Of a DNA stretch of 64,000 nucleotides, positions 50,401 to 57,760 are shown piece by piece (the stretch's first letter is position 1; each line of letters opens with the position of its first letter). Source of the DNA: an uncultured Synechococcus sp. GTDB lineage: Bacteria; Cyanobacteriota; Cyanobacteriia; PCC-6307; Cyanobiaceae. The stretch is taken from the NCBI GenBank assembly GCA_903855705.1, contig CAINZT010000103.1, positions 1,105-65,104 on the forward strand, in the 5' to 3' direction. The translations under genes were made by a program, and so were the position numbers. The notes beneath the pieces are model-generated. The model saw only the letters and a list, made by a program, of their open reading frames with translations, made no database searches and was not told the DNA's origin.

Positions 50401-52238
50401 TTGGGGAGGACGCCCATGGGGACGACGGCCCTGGTCAGCCCCTGCGGCTGGCGATCCAGTGGGGTCCCTGGGACGGGGCAGGCATGGCGGCAGGCAAAAC
50501 AAGACGCCTGGAAGGACTGGGCGTGGGACTCCTGCCGGCAGAAGGGGCTTTCCAGGCCCTGGACTTGCTAATGGAACGGGGCCAAGGCGGCGTGGTGGCC
50601 GTGCTGAATAACGATTGGATGCGCCTATGGGACCAGGCCGATTCCCGCCAGCGGCCCGTGCTGGCCCCCCTGCTCCAGGACGGCACCGGCGGAACCAGAA
50701 CCACGGCGGCCTCCCAAGCCGCGGCGGCCCTGGCAGTCCTGTTGGCCCGACTGGCGGAGGCGGCACCGGGCCAGGGAGTGGACCTAGTCCTTGAGCTGTT
50801 GCAGGAGCGCCTCGGCCAGGTGATGGGGCTGGCCGAAGGTCAGACGATCGATGCGGGCGAATCCCTGTTCCAGCTCGGCCTCGATTCGCTGATGGCCGTG
50901 GAATTCGCCGCCGGGCTTCAAGCCGACCTGGGCCTCAAGGTGGACTTCGAATCCCTCAGCGGCGACCCCAGCCTGGAGAGCCTGGCTGACCTGCTCCTGG
51001 CCGATTTGCAAATGGAGGGCGGAGCCCCCTCCAAAACGGGCCTGGACCTGGGCGAGCAGGCCCGGCTGGATCCCAATTGGCCCAGGCCTGATCGCGAGCT
51101 GCGCCAAAGCGGCTCCCCGGAGGCTCCAGGCGACGCGATCCTGCTCACCGGCAGCACTGGCTTTCTGGGGGCCTACCTGCTGGCCGGCCAGCTGCAGCGC
51201 TGGCCCGAGCTGCGGGTGCGGGCGCTGGTGCGCTGCCCATCGGCGGCTGAGGGCCTGGATCGGATCCGCACCAACCTGGAGCGCTACCAGCTTTGGCAGG
51301 ACGGCTGGCAGCAGCGCCTGGAGGTCGTGCCCGGCGACCTAGCCCAGCCCCAGTTCGGCCTCGAGGCCAGTGCCTTTGCATCCCTGGCCTCCGGCTTGGG
51401 CGGGATTCTCCATAACGGCGCCCAACTCAGCCAGATGGCGGGCTACGGCCAACTGGCGCCCGCCAATGTGGGAGGCACCCGCGAGGTGTTGCGGCTCGCC
51501 AGCCTGGAGCGGCCCCTGGCGGTGCAAATGATTTCGAGTGTGGCGGTGTTTGAAGCCACGGCCTACCGCAACCGCCTGATCCTCGAAACCGATGACCTGA
51601 CGGAATGGCGGGGCATCCACCTGGGCTACTCCCAAACCAAGTGGGTGAGTGAGCGGCTGGTGCTGGCGGCCGGAGCGACGGGCTTGCCGGTCAGCATCTA
51701 TCGGCCACCCCTGATCGGCGGCCATTCCCGCAGCGGAGCCTGGCATCAGGACGACCTGCTGCACCGGCTGCTGCAGGGTTGCCTAGAGCTCGGCCTGGCC
51801 CCGGACCTGGCCTGGGAGCTGGATCTGGTGCCCGTCGATTACGTGGCCGATGCGGTCACCGCCCTGGCCTGGCGGCCTGAAGCCGTGGGCCGCGCCTATC
51901 ACCTGCACCATCCCCAGCCAGTCATGCTGCAGGTCCTGCTCGAGCAACTGGTTGAGGGCGGTGCAGCCCTTGAGGTGGTGGCAATGGAACGCTGGCTCGA
52001 GGCCATTGAGGCCGATCCGGCGAATCCCCTCTATCCGCTGCGGGCCTTTTTCCACCAGCGCTGGGGCGATGACCAGCTCACCTATCCACAGCTCAACCAA
52101 CTAGGCCTGCGGGCCCGCCCCAGCGCCGAGGCCACCGTGGCGACCCTGGCGCCCCTGGGGGTGCGCTGCCCCAGCTTCACGGAGCTGATCGCGCCCTATG
52201 GGATGGCCCTGCTGGGCGCAAGCGCGAGCAGACGATGA
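44415..52238 (+). CDS. Single-module type I PKS: KS-AT(inactive)-DH-ER-KR-ACP-thioester reductase
   Basis: KS: EPIAIVGMGCRLPG, DTACSSS, EAHGTGT, NLGH. AT: GHGAGE. DH: LADHAIRDQPVFP, LDSCFQ. ER: LNFRDV, HAGAGGVG. KR: TGALGGIG, LDD, GQAAYGAAN. ACP: LGLDSL. R: LLTGSTGFLG, GYSQTKW. Confidence 0.95.
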   Translation: MPPPIVPSLTSLPSVPSPEPIAIVGMGCRLPGGIGSPEAFWEFLRDGRDGITDVPASRWDLGQHFDPDPLKPLSQHVRRGGFIENIDQFDAAFFGISPREALCMDPQQRLLLEVSWRALEHGGQPLERLRGQPVGVFIGISSLDYSSLLWASSEHYATPDNEPFVLPGNTGCIAANRISYFLDLKGPSFTVDTACSSSLVAVHLACESLWRGESTAALAGGVQALIHPGIQMSFCKAGLLAPDGRCKSFDASADGYVRSEGAGVVLLKPLSEARRCGDPIVALIQGTAVNSDGRSNGMAAPNLKAQMACVRQAFARSGLEPAATQYVEAHGTGTRQGDPIELRALGTVLGEGRPSDQPCRVGSVKTNLGHGETAAGITGLIKAALCIQHRQIPASLHFRTPNPAIDFAGLKLQVQTALEPFPAPDQPAVVGVSSFGFGGTNAHAVLAEAPPPETGSLGGPPLPLQVLTLSARTSPALRATARRYLDLLRQRPSLALADLCASANQQRTAFQQRLVCLAQDRTDLERQLEAFAEGKATATENALAPKTTTTPEVAQSPLVAVAGRRPGKVAFLISGQGSQELAMARELYGRHPVFREAFDRAAALADPSLELPLKRVLLPDPGEEQQAALALQQTAIAQPAHFVVGYALSQLWASWGVQPDLLLGHGAGEVLAAHLAGVFDLADGIRLITARGQLMQALPADGGMDPMLAAFGQLLAQLNFSKPTRALVSSISGELAGAELTQPTYWCDQLLMPLRSAKGVETLRAQGANLFVDLGAGPSLMDLARQTLAGDPVPGQAALAQDSLFLPSLVPGPADWNVILGSLAQLHLRGLAVDWRGFHAPFAQRRVALPGYPFERQRHWWPASPGPLPGAHRWLDHLGLASVDQALGEPATTSNASLPPSQQQSLGLIPGGAPGPSQKASSNGWAGVQSQDFARSASTQLSPNGWAHSSPVAATSRTPQRLDLPPGRVHYQVTLDPSQQADLADHAIRDQPVFPAAGFLVLAAQVAAEEGLALSFGPLSLERPLRLGDGPRQLQLVLEEGSIAFHSLNPAERAGGWSSHGRLGLTHAPGPISPSSAGLAPESAPFAPGLAPEGAETLDTAGFYAALGRCGLNYGPRFRGLKTVKRQDGRAWAELVRPAAGGAEGLLDSCFQLVAASLDPEAAGGQLFLPVGLEALALATAEWPERLSCEVRLQTNPEPAQVQADLIWHANGQLLGWIRGFRLRRLPRQAVDWMFPAAQLPPPEPALDPASWLIQSHWEPLAKDPAQAVEVPQSPSALTRDLPLLDRPLLIGAGNQQAQAFGSWASAQGQPPWRLGFGDPLPVGNGPVLVWPDPNRAEPQTLATQLLALVQQLQSPGPQAPADSNTALPEQATGLSTSGHRQPRPLWLVLEGDGPWTGVLAGFAQTAALETPQLAWTHLQLPADPQQQPQSRDWDQLWALATTEASLLWRSGQIHGQRLKRLAPERFRFVSEDPGRLEALVRQPLAPTTLVNGELELAVEATGLNFRDVLNALGLLAAYGEELGLAEGAQVPFGGECVGRVVAVGPGVDPALVGQRVLAALAVGSLASHVSCRSELCIPLPTGLDSETGASLSTVFLTALYGLVQLARLQPGETVLIHAGAGGVGQAALQVARHCGARILATASAPKQQGLLDQGVEAVFDSRSLAFAEQVRSHTGGKGVDVVLNSLKGDWVDASFQALAPGGRFIELGKIEIWSRTQAQERRPDAAYLPFDLLEVAAAEPQLVRQLLLDFLADLEQGTYQPIPIEVYPISAVPEAFRLLAQARHRGKVVVRQDERSAPLTIGSQATYLITGALGGIGLRLIDWLAQRGATSLLLVSRSAGAPAPEVQHRLQELEARGVRCSLVALDLAAGPGTASTSVLADAIRALPSEQPLRGLFHAAGVLDDGLVGGLTPERLAAVLAPKLAGWQLVEAAIAEAKGSDGLAFSIAFSSLASLLGSPGQAAYGAANGGLDALCRQEFADRDALDGEAACGEAAFGEDAHGDDGPGQPLRLAIQWGPWDGAGMAAGKTRRLEGLGVGLLPAEGAFQALDLLMERGQGGVVAVLNNDWMRLWDQADSRQRPVLAPLLQDGTGGTRTTAASQAAAALAVLLARLAEAAPGQGVDLVLELLQERLGQVMGLAEGQTIDAGESLFQLGLDSLMAVEFAAGLQADLGLKVDFESLSGDPSLESLADLLLADLQMEGGAPSKTGLDLGEQARLDPNWPRPDRELRQSGSPEAPGDAILLTGSTGFLGAYLLAGQLQRWPELRVRALVRCPSAAEGLDRIRTNLERYQLWQDGWQQRLEVVPGDLAQPQFGLEASAFASLASGLGGILHNGAQLSQMAGYGQLAPANVGGTREVLRLASLERPLAVQMISSVAVFEATAYRNRLILETDDLTEWRGIHLGYSQTKWVSERLVLAAGATGLPVSIYRPPLIGGHSRSGAWHQDDLLHRLLQGCLELGLAPDLAWELDLVPVDYVADAVTALAWRPEAVGRAYHLHHPQPVMLQVLLEQLVEGGAALEVVAMERWLEAIEADPANPLYPLRAFFHQRWGDDQLTYPQLNQLGLRARPSAEATVATLAPLGVRCPSFTELIAPYGMALLGASASRR
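50355..50429 (+). repeat. Degenerate 15-bp in-frame tandem repeat x5 inside the KR domain
   Basis: Encodes DRDAL-DGEAA-CGEAA-FGEDA-HGDDG. Confidence 0.7.
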
Positions 52239-53620
52239 CCCTGACTCCGGCGGCGGCGCCCGGATTGGGGCTAGCCGTCACGTCTGGGGTCTCCATGGGG
52301 TTGCCCCCGATTGGCGAGCTGGCCTCCCACCTGGCCTTACTCCTGGCCTGGGCCTTGGTCCTCAGCCTCAGCCTGCAGACCCTGCTCACGGGCTGGTTTG
52401 TGATGCGGGTGCGCTGGTTGTTGCAGCAACGCCAGCGCTGGCCAACGGAACCCGCTGGCGGCTGGCCGGCGGCGGAGGTAGTGCTCTGCCTGCGCGGCGC
52501 CGATCCCAGCCTGGCCGGAGCCCTGGCAGCCCTCGCCTCCCAGACCTACCCAGGCCCCTGGCGCCTGCAGCTGGTGGTGGATTCCCAGGCCGATCCGGCC
52601 TGGTCCGTGGCTAAAGCCAGCCTGGCGGCCCTGGAAGCCTGCGGGCGGGCCGGCTGGCTGGCGGCCCAGCTCAGGCCCCTGGAGCAGCGCCCCCGCCGGG
52701 GCTCCCTCAAAAGTGCCTCCCTGCGCCAGGCCTTTGCGCACTTGCACCCCGATACGGCCCTGGTGGCCCTGGTCGATGCCGATGCGATCGTCTCGCCCCA
52801 GTGGCTGGCCAACCTGGCCCGGGCCTGCAGCCAGCCCGGGGTCGGGGCGGTATCGGGCAATCGCTGGTACCAGCCCCAGGGCCCCAGTCTGGCGGGACGG
52901 GTGCGGGCCGGCTGGAACGGCGGCGCCCTGGTGCTGATGACCCTGCTAGGGATCCCCTGGGGGGGCTCCCTAGCCGTGCGCCGCCAGGTAATCGACGCCG
53001 GCGCCTGGAGTGACCGGCTGATCAGCAGCCTCTGTGAAGACACCTCCCTAATCCAGCCCCTGCGACAGCTGGGCTGGCGCTACGCCTTCCGGCCCGAACT
53101 GATCGCCCTCGACCAGGACAACAGCCTGGCCTTCGCTGAGCTGGTCCCCTGGATCGGCCGCCAACTGCTCACCGCCCGGCTGCACCATCCGGCCTGGCCC
53201 CTGGTGGCCCTCCATGGCGCCGGTAGCGCCCTACTGCTCTCAGCCGCCGCCGCCTGGCTGCTGCTGGGCCGCTCCGCCCTGCTGGCTGGGGCCCTCGGGC
53301 TCTACGAACTGGGCTGCATGGGCCTGCTGCTCTGGATCGAAGCCACCGCCCTCTCGGCCCTGACCAGACCTGGGAGCGACACCATCCCCCGCCAGGCCGC
53401 CCCCATTTGGCGCCGGGCCTGGGATTGGCTGAGGGACCTCCCCGTGACCCAACTCGTCTACGCCGTCGCCTTTTGGCATGGCTGCTGGGATCGCCAGGTG
53501 GGTTGGCGCGGCGTCACCTACCGGGTGCTGGGACGCCGCGAGCCTGGAGGGCCAGGGGTGGAAGCCCTGGGCTGGGATGACGAACTCAACCGTTCAACAG
53601 GCCCCAGGTCCAGGTTTTAG
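52235..53620 (+). CDS. GT2 glycosyltransferase (ceramide glucosyltransferase/HpnI-like)
   Basis: N-terminal TM, LCLRGAD..L, QTYP, VDAD, WGGSLA, CED, W..RQ; ATGA overlap with the PKS stop. Confidence 0.85.
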   Translation: MTLTPAAAPGLGLAVTSGVSMGLPPIGELASHLALLLAWALVLSLSLQTLLTGWFVMRVRWLLQQRQRWPTEPAGGWPAAEVVLCLRGADPSLAGALAALASQTYPGPWRLQLVVDSQADPAWSVAKASLAALEACGRAGWLAAQLRPLEQRPRRGSLKSASLRQAFAHLHPDTALVALVDADAIVSPQWLANLARACSQPGVGAVSGNRWYQPQGPSLAGRVRAGWNGGALVLMTLLGIPWGGSLAVRRQVIDAGAWSDRLISSLCEDTSLIQPLRQLGWRYAFRPELIALDQDNSLAFAELVPWIGRQLLTARLHHPAWPLVALHGAGSALLLSAAAAWLLLGRSALLAGALGLYELGCMGLLLWIEATALSALTRPGSDTIPRQAAPIWRRAWDWLRDLPVTQLVYAVAFWHGCWDRQVGWRGVTYRVLGRREPGGPGVEALGWDDELNRSTGPRSRF

Positions 53621-53632
53621 TCAGGCCGGAGC

Positions 53633-54265
53633 TCACCTAGCCAGCATCAGCCGCCTAAGGACCCCCATGGACTGGCGCAGATTGGCCTCATTGAGGTCGT
53701 CGTAGGTCGGCCGCAAAAAAGCGGGTAGATCGGGCTCCAGGTCGATCTGGTGTTGCACGAGCACACCAGCCCGCACAGGGGTCAAGCTCCACTGCCCCTG
53801 CAAGCTGAGAATGCGCTCGCCGCGGAGCATGCGATAGCGCATCAACCGGGGTGGACTTTCCTCGACCGCGAGCACGACCTTGATCGGCAGGCCGAAGGTG
53901 GAGGCGGCCTGGTAGGTCTGGGCGAGCTCCAGCTGGTTGCCGTGGCGGCTGAGCACCTTGGCCTGCTTGATGTCGGGCATCAGGCCCGCCATCGCTTCGT
54001 AATTGGTCAGCACGGCCCAGGCCCGGGCCTGGTTCACGGGCACAAAGAACTTGGCGGTGTAATGCCCCTTACTACCGATCAGGACCAAATCGCCTAACGC
54101 CTGGGCCATCTGACCGCCCGCGCCAGCCGGGTCGGCCCGGGCCCCTTGGCCTAGACACCACCAGCTCACGCCAGTGGCCACGCTTAGGATCAGCCCATGC
54201 AAAAGCAGCCACTGGAAGGGTCCAGCTGGCTGCTTGCCTAACGCCCTGGAGCCCCCCATGACCAT
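53633..54265 (-). CDS. SRPBCC (START-like/polyketide cyclase) family protein
   Basis: AWAVLTNYE.M....PD, G.....L.GQW.LTP; N-terminal hydrophobic segment. Start uncertain. Confidence 0.75.
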   Translation of the reverse strand: MVMGGSRALGKQPAGPFQWLLLHGLILSVATGVSWWCLGQGARADPAGAGGQMAQALGDLVLIGSKGHYTAKFFVPVNQARAWAVLTNYEAMAGLMPDIKQAKVLSRHGNQLELAQTYQAASTFGLPIKVVLAVEESPPRLMRYRMLRGERILSLQGQWSLTPVRAGVLVQHQIDLEPDLPAFLRPTYDDLNEANLRQSMGVLRRLMLAR

Positions 54266-54289
54266 GTTTCTGCAGCGAATCAAACCATT

Positions 54290-55690
54290 GTGATTGGCTG
54301 GGGAACGGGGGAAGATCCATTGACTAAGGGGCCCTTGAAACCGCCATCTCAAGGGGCTTCGGCAACTGCTGATTCAGTTGTCCATCATTCCATTGGCTTT
54401 CCTTCCCCCAGCTCTGGAAGAACGACTCGGGCCGCAGCTGGAGCCCAGAACCTTGATTTAAAGCGCCGGCTCTATTTTTTAAGTGGTTTTGATCCCCGCG
54501 GCGCCTCCTTTTATTGGCGGCTCTTTGCAGAGGAAGTGGAGCACCGCAAGGCCAAGGGCGCAACGGGCGACGCCCAGGCCATCAAGCTGGTGCGCCGCAG
54601 GCAGGAGCGGGATCGCCTACTCAGCCGTTGGCGGATTCAGCCATCCCAGGCCTCCAGCCCGGGCGCCTCGACCAGCGGCCCCCGCCGCGCTGAAGATCCT
54701 GCCCAGGTGGGCCACGACCTTCCAGGCCATGGGTCGGTCCCGCCAAATCCAACCAGCCACGAAATCGCTTTCCTGCACTGGGACGACATCGCCCGCAGCC
54801 ACTGGCCTAGGCGCTCCTTGGCCATGGTCGGTGAGATCGCCGCGGTCTATCGCTGGTACCTGCTGCAAGGGGGTTTGCTGCGGATTGGCCGCCTCTGCCC
54901 CGGGGTGGCCCTTTGCGGCGCCTATCCAGGACTCTTCACCGCGCTAGCGCTGATGATTGCCCTGCTCGGCGGCGCTGGCCTGGGAGGGCTGACCTACGGG
55001 GCGATCCCGGCCGCAGGCCTGGCCTGGGGCGTCGCTGTGTTGGTAGCCCTAGGAACCACCTGGCTGCTGCTGCTGGCAGCCTGGGCCCTGGCCGATCGGC
55101 TCGGGGTGGTGTGGCTCTGGCGCTCGATCCGCTTCACCCACCGGCTCGGCCAGGCCCGCGATGGCGACCTACGCCTCCGGGTGGGCGAGCTGGCCCGGCG
55201 AATCCTGGAGTTGGAAGCGGAAGCCCCAGCCGAAACAGTGCTGCTAGTGGGCCATAGCTCCGGCTCCTTTGTGATGGCAATGGTGGCGGCCGAGCTGCGC
55301 CGCCAGGACCCGGGCGCTGCGCTGACGGGCCGGCTCAGCCTGCTCAGCCTGGGCCAGAACCTGGCCAACCTGGCCGTCTATCCCGGCGCCCAGGCCTTCC
55401 ACGCCGATTTGCAGGAGTTGGCCCAGGAGCCCCGCCTGCCCTGGCTGGATGTCACCAGCGCCGATGACCTGCTCTGCTTTGCCGGCGTCGATCCCTACCG
55501 CAGCTGCGGCCTGCCGGCCCCAACTGGCACCCCCTATCCAGAGCTGAAGATGGTGGCCCTGGCCCAACCCCAAACGCTCCTGGGGCGCCTACGGCTGGCG
55601 TTTCGGCAGTTCGATCTCCACTTCCTTTACCTGCGCCAGGCCCCAGCCAGCCACGGCTTTGATCCCCTCAGCCAGCTGCTCAAACCATGA
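54290..55690 (+). CDS. Membrane protein with alpha/beta-hydrolase-like GHSSG motif
   Basis: KRRLYFLSGFDPRG, WDDI.R..W, two TM helices, LVGHSSGS, LSLGQ, D...F, F.LHF.Y. True start is probably about 54460. Confidence 0.7.
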   Translation: MIGWGTGEDPLTKGPLKPPSQGASATADSVVHHSIGFPSPSSGRTTRAAAGAQNLDLKRRLYFLSGFDPRGASFYWRLFAEEVEHRKAKGATGDAQAIKLVRRRQERDRLLSRWRIQPSQASSPGASTSGPRRAEDPAQVGHDLPGHGSVPPNPTSHEIAFLHWDDIARSHWPRRSLAMVGEIAAVYRWYLLQGGLLRIGRLCPGVALCGAYPGLFTALALMIALLGGAGLGGLTYGAIPAAGLAWGVAVLVALGTTWLLLLAAWALADRLGVVWLWRSIRFTHRLGQARDGDLRLRVGELARRILELEAEAPAETVLLVGHSSGSFVMAMVAAELRRQDPGAALTGRLSLLSLGQNLANLAVYPGAQAFHADLQELAQEPRLPWLDVTSADDLLCFAGVDPYRSCGLPAPTGTPYPELKMVALAQPQTLLGRLRLAFRQFDLHFLYLRQAPASHGFDPLSQLLKP

Positions 55691-57381
55691 CCTCCCCCCC
55701 GCCATCGGGCCCCACCCCAGCCCCGGGAGCGGCCGCCGTTCTGGCCAGTTCTGATCCAGCCCTTGAAGGGTCTGGGTCGGCCAAGTCTGGGCCAGAGGCC
55801 AGCGAGCCGATCTGGCCCCAACCCCAACCCTTCACCGCCAATCTGCTCAAGCGCCTGAGCCGGGGCCTGGGCTCCTGGTTTGGCCTGCTGAATGAGTGGG
55901 ATTTCCGCATCGGCATTGGCAGCACCCGTTGTTTCGGGCTGGAGTTGGTCCTGGTCAACCAGCCGGACCTGGTGCGCCAGGTGCTCGTAGAAGAACCAGA
56001 GACCTTCCCTAAACATCCCTACACCCAGTGGCTCTTGGAGCCCCTGATTGGCCAGGGACTCTTTGCGGTAAATGGGGCCGAATGGCAGCGCCAACGGCGC
56101 CTGGTCGATCAGGCCCTGCAGGTCACCCAGCTGCGACGGGTGTTTCCCCTGATGGAAGGGGCGGTGCAGGCCATGGTGGAACGGTTTGAGGCCCAAGCGG
56201 CAGCCCAAAGACCGGGGCAAGGCCCAAGTCCTGACGCAAGCAAGGCCGGTGAGAGCGAGCGAGCCGAGTTCAGCTTCGATGCCCAGGAAGCAATGACCCT
56301 GGTCACGGCCGATGTGATTGTGCGCACGATCCTCTCGCGCGCCCTCGACCCCAGCGAGGCCAGGGAGATCTTTAACGCCTTTGGCCGTTACCAACGCCGG
56401 GCAGGCCTGGCGTTGGTGCTGCGCTTTCTGCGCCTGCCCAAGCCCTGGCTGAAAGGGCTGCTGCAAGCCGATGCCGCCCGGATCCGGCACTGGATCGCCG
56501 CCGCGATTGGGGAACGGCAACGCTCTAGGGCAACAGTCCAGCCCGGCTCAGGCCCAGCTGAGCCGCACCAGGACCTGCTCGACGCCCTGGAGAGGGCCGA
56601 GGACAGGCCAGAAGGCCGGACCCGGGCCAGCAACCAACCAGAACTGACTGGTGGAGATGGCGCTGAAGGACCAAGCGAACTCCAGGAAGGGGTGGACGAG
56701 GGCGGCAGTCGCTTCAGCCAGGCAGAACTCGTCGACCAGGTCTGTGTGCTGTTTCTCGCCGGCCATGAAACCTCCGCCAGCGCCCTGGCCATGGCCTGCT
56801 ATCTGCTGGCCCGCTACCCGGAGGCCCAGGCCCGCTTTGCAGCTGAAATTCAGCAGGTTCTCAGGGGGCCCTTAGCCCCCGGAGCCCCAACCAGCCCCGG
56901 CCGTGCCCTGGGCTACGACGACCTGCGCCAGCTCCCCTATGGCACAGCATTGCTTCAGGAAACCCTGCGGCTCTATCCGCCCTTGAGCTTCTTCATCCGC
57001 GAAAGCCAGGCCCCAAGCCAACTGGGCGAAAGCCGTTGCCCCATGGGGGCCTTGCTAGCGATTTCCCCCTGGGTGATCCAACGCCACGAGCAGCACTGGA
57101 ACGATCCCAACAGTTTTCGGCCGGAGCGCTTTCTAACAAACCAGGCCAGCGACGCGGAGAAACAATGGGCTCGGGACGCCTATCTGCCCTTTGGCCTGGG
57201 GCCACGCAAATGTCCCGGGGCCGCCTTTGCCCTACAGGAAGCCCTGCTGGTGCTGGCGGAGCTGGTCAGCCGCTATGAACTGCTCAGCGAACCGGGCCAG
57301 GAGCCGGAACTGGCCTGCAACCTGACCCTGCGCTCCCGTAATGGGGTGCGCCTGCGCCTGCGAAGGCGTCCAAAGGACTAA
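55687..57381 (+). CDS. Cytochrome P450
   Basis: FLAGHETSA, ETLRLYPP (ExxR), PERF, FGLGPRKCPG (heme Cys); ATGA overlap with the upstream gene. Confidence 0.96.
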   Translation: MTSPPPSGPTPAPGAAAVLASSDPALEGSGSAKSGPEASEPIWPQPQPFTANLLKRLSRGLGSWFGLLNEWDFRIGIGSTRCFGLELVLVNQPDLVRQVLVEEPETFPKHPYTQWLLEPLIGQGLFAVNGAEWQRQRRLVDQALQVTQLRRVFPLMEGAVQAMVERFEAQAAAQRPGQGPSPDASKAGESERAEFSFDAQEAMTLVTADVIVRTILSRALDPSEAREIFNAFGRYQRRAGLALVLRFLRLPKPWLKGLLQADAARIRHWIAAAIGERQRSRATVQPGSGPAEPHQDLLDALERAEDRPEGRTRASNQPELTGGDGAEGPSELQEGVDEGGSRFSQAELVDQVCVLFLAGHETSASALAMACYLLARYPEAQARFAAEIQQVLRGPLAPGAPTSPGRALGYDDLRQLPYGTALLQETLRLYPPLSFFIRESQAPSQLGESRCPMGALLAISPWVIQRHEQHWNDPNSFRPERFLTNQASDAEKQWARDAYLPFGLGPRKCPGAAFALQEALLVLAELVSRYELLSEPGQEPELACNLTLRSRNGVRLRLRRRPKD

Positions 57382-57760
57382 AGAAGCCCTGAATCATCGA
57401 CATTCACCAAGCCAAGCAAAAGACTAGAAAAGGAGCCCCATCTCTCTATTTCTCGCCTGCTAAAGCTATTCAGGCTTCCAAAAATTGATGAAATTTGCTC
57501 ACAGCTCCGCCACCCCAAAGGCAGGCTTCTCCTCAGCAGAAATACAACGCTAGCGTCCAACGGCCAATCCATTAAACCTAATCCGATGGAAGCCAAATAC
57601 ACTGTTCCGCGCTGAAGAAGCAGGCTTCACTGAGATATCCAACTAATTGGCCAGGCCAAGACATTTTGGCAATATTTGCATAGGGGAGATGAATCCTACC
57701 AACAGAGTGCTAATGTTTAGCAAGATATGCGTGGCTCCACGAGAGGCCGCTCCACCCAAG

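Noticed and set aside
44415..52238. Olefin synthase (Ols) or PUFA/HglE-type synthase
   Set aside because: It lacks FAAL and sulfotransferase-TE (Ols) and lacks tandem ACPs and a chain-length factor (Pfa/Hgl).
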